DNA from: Fastidiosibacter lacustris
GTDB lineage: Bacteria > Pseudomonadota > Gammaproteobacteria > Francisellales > Francisellaceae
Direction of reading: 5' to 3'
NCBI RefSeq assembly: GCF_003428155.1
Contig: NZ_QLIR01000021.1
Coordinates: 1 to 29,770, forward strand
DNA length: 29,770 nucleotides
Part shown: positions 26,747 to 29,770 of the stretch, one piece after another
How positions within the stretch are numbered: position 1 is the first letter of the stretch
How the letters are laid out: the number at the start of each line of letters is the position of its first letter
Notes under the pieces: model-generated
The model's input: only the letters and a program-made list of their open reading frames with translations
Told to the model about the DNA's origin: nothing
Database searches by the model: none
Position numbers and translations under genes: made by a program

Positions 26747-27949
26747 ATGCTGTTATTTTCTAGGGGATTTGGTTCAGTGATGATTATTACAGGTACCAGC
26801 GTTGGTGCGGGCATGTTAGCAATTCCTGCGACTGTTGCTGCATGTGGTTTTTGGTTAGCAAGCTTTTTACTTGTTACGGTTTGGTTTGTAATGATGTTGA
26901 CAGCACTTCTACTTGCAGAAGTAAATCTTGCCATGCCCGATGGTACAAATTTCAGCCGTATGGCTTATATTACTCTTGGAAAGTCAGGACAAATCATTAC
27001 CTGGGTTGCTTACCTATTGTTGCTATATTCACTTACTGCTGCTTATACTGTAGGTGGTGGTAACCTTGTTGCCAGTGGCTTAGATAAACTCGGTATTGGC
27101 TTGCCAGTTACGGTTAATAACGCTTTATTTGTTCTTGTTTTAGGTTTATTTGTTTATATGGGTACAACAACGGTTGATCATACTAATAAGATACTGATGT
27201 TTATTAAATTTTTAGCGTTCTTTGCTTTTGTGATTGCAATCTTGCCTGAGGTTCAACAAACGTTTATTGATACTAAAACACGTTCTATCAATTATATCTG
27301 GATCACTTTCCCTATTTTAATTACCTCGTTTGGTTTTCACCACATCATTCCAACCTTGCGTAGCTATGTAAAATCTGACCGTAGAACATTGCGCAAATCT
27401 ATTATTTTGGGGAGCTTCATCCCACTTGTCATTTACTTTATTTGGACGTTGACAACACTTGGCTCAATTCCTGTATATGGTGAATTAAGTTTCCAAAGCA
27501 TTATTCAAAATGGGAATGTATCATCTGGGATTGTCGAAAGCTATCATAGTAGTAGAGTGGGTAATTTTGCCTATTTATTTGAATCGGTTGCGATTACCAC
27601 GTCTTTTATAGGAGTTACCCTTGGTTTATTTGATTTTAATCGCGATACGTATCAACTAAAATCCAATACATATATTAATAGAGTTATTATTTTTATTATT
27701 ACGTTTTTGCCACCTTTCTTATTCGCGGTTTTCTATCCACAAGGCTTTGTCATTGCATTGGGTTATGCTAGTATTTTCGTTGCTGTTTTATTAATTGGTT
27801 TGCCTGCAGCCATGACTTGGATTATTCGTAAGCGTCATGGAAAAAACCACATATTGAGTAAACTCTATCTTTCTACTATATTGGCTGTTGCATTACTTAT
27901 GATCATCCTTGAACTTCTGACGCTTGCAAAACTTTTACCAACGCTGTAG
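26747..27949 (+). CDS. Aromatic amino-acid (Trp/Tyr) permease of the Mtr/TnaB/TyrP (HAAAP) family
   Basis: 400 aa, about 11 TM. The N-terminus GSVMIITGTSVGAGMLAIPATVAACGF is the family signature. Confidence 0.8.
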   Translation: MLLFSRGFGSVMIITGTSVGAGMLAIPATVAACGFWLASFLLVTVWFVMMLTALLLAEVNLAMPDGTNFSRMAYITLGKSGQIITWVAYLLLLYSLTAAYTVGGGNLVASGLDKLGIGLPVTVNNALFVLVLGLFVYMGTTTVDHTNKILMFIKFLAFFAFVIAILPEVQQTFIDTKTRSINYIWITFPILITSFGFHHIIPTLRSYVKSDRRTLRKSIILGSFIPLVIYFIWTLTTLGSIPVYGELSFQSIIQNGNVSSGIVESYHSSRVGNFAYLFESVAITTSFIGVTLGLFDFNRDTYQLKSNTYINRVIIFIITFLPPFLFAVFYPQGFVIALGYASIFVAVLLIGLPAAMTWIIRKRHGKNHILSKLYLSTILAVALLMIILELLTLAKLLPTL

Positions 27950-27958
27950 ATTACTTCA

Positions 27959-28402
27959 TTAATGTAGTGTTCTGTTTTCAGAGCACATCGTATCATAAGT
28001 ATAATTACTGGCTCGACTTAATTCCTCGTCGATAAAATCTTGCCAATTTAACAAATCATCAACTTCACCTTCAATGGCGATAAACTGTTGATATTCATCA
28101 AGATAATAATCTAATGCCTGATCTAAGTCTGTGTTGTGGTCCTTAGCATACAGATAAAGTTGATAAACAAGTTCCATCTTTTTATAAAATTCATCTAGAG
28201 TCAGTGCTGTAAATACCTGGCGTTGTTGCCCCTTGTAAAACACATTAACAGCATATAAAACGATTCTTTTTTTATTGTCTATGCAGCATTGTGCTTGGAC
28301 GTTATACCCAAAATAAGAAAGTGCTAACTCAAAATATTGGCAACAGCTATCAAAATGAATGCGTTGTTGTTTGGTGAACAGTTGATCAAGTGACATAGTC
28401 AT
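27959..28402 (-). CDS. Hypothetical acidic cytoplasmic protein (147 aa) with two Cys-Cys doublets
   Basis: Strong SD AGGAGG lies 6 nt upstream of ATG 28402. There is no TM or signal peptide. Motifs DSCCQYF and AQCCID are present, with no family recognised. Confidence 0.55.
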   Translation of the reverse strand: MTMSLDQLFTKQQRIHFDSCCQYFELALSYFGYNVQAQCCIDNKKRIVLYAVNVFYKGQQRQVFTALTLDEFYKKMELVYQLYLYAKDHNTDLDQALDYYLDEYQQFIAIEGEVDDLLNWQDFIDEELSRASNYTYDTMCSENRTLH

Positions 28403-28886
28403 AGCGCATCCTCCTGTTATGGTTGGCTGTTTGGCAAATGCCTTACTGTTAGCCCCATGCTACCCAGTGCAGCCAATGCTTTACCTATCTTTAGTATAGC
28501 ACTTGGTTAGCGTTGATAACTACTTTTTTATATTTTTTCTCCGTATACGAAGAAAAATTTGCAAACTATTATTTGCGACTAATTTACGTGTCAGATATTG
28601 AGCGTTCAACTGCTTTCTATAAATTTTTATTTAAAACAAATTTCATCTTTACCAACCCGCGTTATTTCGCTTTTTCAGCTTCTGCTCTGCTTCAGGTTAT
28701 TCGTTCTTTGCTATTTGGTCTGATGGAGGAAAGCAGCAGTGTAAGCCAACAGATAAATGGCATTTGGATGAGATAAATATCTAAAGTAAATGGTCAACGT
28801 TTTGTCCTTTGACGTGCTGTTGACTCTGAAAGAATAGAGTTAGACATCTTCTTGCAAAAACATCGGAATAAGAAAGTTGCTATTCA

Positions 28887-29401
28887 ATAGAGTTCTTTCC
28901 AAACCTCAATTAGTCAATTCAAAGTTGTAAATTTCCGTTATTAAATTAAATCGAAGTCCAAACCTTTTTCGTCTATTCCGATATTTGTCGGCAATGCACC
29001 TGATGTTCACTGGCATCTACTGCCCTGGCAAGCTGAACTTTTTACTTTTAATCAGCGTATCTTCAACCCAACGAATCGTTTTATAAGCATAGCCCTCACT
29101 AATCCCATAACTTTTGCTAACGTGAAAGTAGGTACGATATTCCCTTAAATATTCTAATGTCATTAACAATGTCTCCTCTATGCTCAACTTATTTTTTCTA
29201 CCACCCCTTAGTTTTTTTTCTGCTCGCGCCGCTTGTAATATTTTCACCATCTCTTCAAACGTTGGCTTTTTTACACCAGTTAAACGACGAAACTCATCTG
29301 CTGCTAACTTGTTTATCGTTTCCCATCTCATTGATCATATCCACCTTTAATTTTTAAATAGCTATTTTGCTAGATTAAATACGGTTTGGAAGGAATTCTA
29401 T
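28887..29401 (-). mobile_element. 515-bp internally deleted IS5-type (HTH_Tnp_4/DDE_Tnp_4-type) element retaining both inverted repeats and only the N-terminal HTH ORF
   Basis: Terminal IRs ATAGAGTTCTTTCCAAACC (28887-28905) and GGTTTGGAAGGAATTCTAT (29383-29401) match at 17/19 positions. A possible TA duplication flanks GAGTTC.../...GAATTC. Confidence 0.7.
29017..29331 (-). CDS. Truncated IS5-type transposase, N-terminal HTH part only (104 aa); the DDE domain is missing
   Basis: FRRLTGVKKPTFEEMVKIL...GGRKNKLSIEETLLMTLEYLREYRTYFHVSKSYGISEGYAYKTIRWVEDTL...LPG is the conserved N-terminus of about 250-aa IS5-type transposases. The ORF stops right after LPGQ, and only about 110 bp remain before the left IR. 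Confidence 0.7.
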   Translation of the reverse strand: MRWETINKLAADEFRRLTGVKKPTFEEMVKILQAARAEKKLRGGRKNKLSIEETLLMTLEYLREYRTYFHVSKSYGISEGYAYKTIRWVEDTLIKSKKFSLPGQ

Positions 29402-29661
29402 TACTAATATCACGTAAGCTTATTCACACGATTGATGAAAAAAACAAATTTTTATTGTCGCCAGATATAACACTAATTTCAGAGAAAACTTTGTATGGCG
29501 ATAGTTATTATCTTAAAAGTAAATATTGCAAATGGAAGTGTTTGCCACTCATTTAATATACAATTCAAACAGATATCACTTAGCTTCAAGGGTTACAATG
29601 CAGAAAAAATTTTAACCAATCTTTACATGAAAAGTATTATCAACACGCCATGTTCAACTTT

Positions 29662-29770
29662 TTAAATCCCCAATTTTTCAAACTGTATCGCTAAATAACC
29701 TTCACTCTTGCATATGACAGCACTAACGGTATGCGCAAGTACCTTTCTGGCAATTCGCTTCGTTAAATGC
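29662..29770 (-). CDS. 3' end of an ORF entering from beyond the window (35 codons visible); transposase-like tail that reads into the IS6 end
   Basis: The open frame reads HLTKRIARKVLAHTVSAVICKSEGYLAIQFEKLGI*. RIARKVLAHT resembles C-terminal helices of IS4/IS982-type transposases. The fragment is too short to call. Confidence 0.2.
   Translation of the reverse strand, partial: HLTKRIARKVLAHTVSAVICKSEGYLAIQFEKLGI

Larger units (their letters stand above)
28425..29688 (+). pseudogene. Decayed IS6-family insertion sequence (transposase pseudogene), interrupted by a nested mini-IS
   Basis: IR-like GGCTGTTTGGCAAA at 28425-38 (cf. IS6-family GGCTCTGTTGCAAA), with a weaker inverted copy near 29674-88. 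The frame reads FANYYLRL...DIERSTAFYKF...W..KVNGQRFVL*RAVDSERIELDIFLQKHRNKKVAIQ. This is colinear with IS26 Tnp KVNGRWAYLYRAIDSRGRTVDFYLSSRRNSKAAYRF. It resumes after the insertion as LISEKTLYGDS (cf. INTDKAPAYG). There are several in-frame stops and deletions. Confidence 0.55.

Noticed and set aside
23170-27063. Short ORFs 23170-23364, 23634-23831, 25546-25788, 26193-26414, 26725-26934 and 26842-27063
   Set aside because: These are alternative-frame or antisense ORFs within or across the GGDEF, upp, GGDEF-EAL and permease genes, and the real CDSs explain them.
28513-28776. 87-aa ORF that I first read as a glyoxalase/VOC-family fragment (LRLIYVSDIERSTAFYKFLF)
   Set aside because: The same frame continues through stops into an unmistakable IS6-type transposase segment (KVNGQRFVL*RAVDSE...). 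The 'VOC-like' stretch aligns better with the IS6 HTH region (WYLRY...VDHSTIYRWV). It is part of the IS6 pseudogene.
1-29770. Looked for CRISPR arrays, tRNA/tmRNA genes, toxin-antitoxin pairs and known defence-system signatures
   Set aside because: I saw no regularly spaced short repeats, no tRNA-like T-arm or acceptor patterns, and no small adjacent ORF pairs or nuclease/ATPase/methylase motifs. The only tandem repeats are the coding RTX nonapeptides and the 20-bp pair at 163-207.

Overview
This is an AT-rich, gammaproteobacterial-looking chromosomal window. The gene content (rpoS, gatCAB, Mtr/TyrP-type transporter, RTX protein, many decayed IS) suggests a Legionellales/Thiotrichales-like, possibly host-associated lineage, but I cannot confirm that without a database search.

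Layout:
- The window opens with the 5S rRNA end of an rRNA operon, followed by an IS256-like transposase remnant.
- The main accessory locus follows on the minus strand (524-7724). It is a two-gene, translationally coupled operon encoding a 360-aa membrane-anchored protein of unknown function and a 2041-aa RTX protein. The RTX protein has an N-terminal domain that looks like a class-3/DUF2974-type lipase, and a C-terminal 70% built from RTX beta-roll blocks alternating with beta-sandwich-like modules. No T1SS or acyltransferase genes are adjacent.
- The rest is mostly housekeeping: an APC permease, a trpR-like gene plus GNAT, a stand-alone murG, purD, gatCAB, rpoS, upp and an aromatic amino-acid permease.
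- Interspersed among these are a RimK-like (RLAN + ATP-grasp) ligase overlapping a GNAT gene, and two c-di-GMP turnover proteins flanking upp.
- The 3' end is an IS graveyard: an IS6-family pseudogene interrupted by a 515-bp IS5-type mini-element.

Two genes (upp and a small secreted protein) are each split by a one-base deficit in a poly-A run. I found no tRNA, CRISPR array or recognisable defence system.

All domain calls rest on by-eye motif recognition. Coordinates of the decayed IS remnants are approximate.
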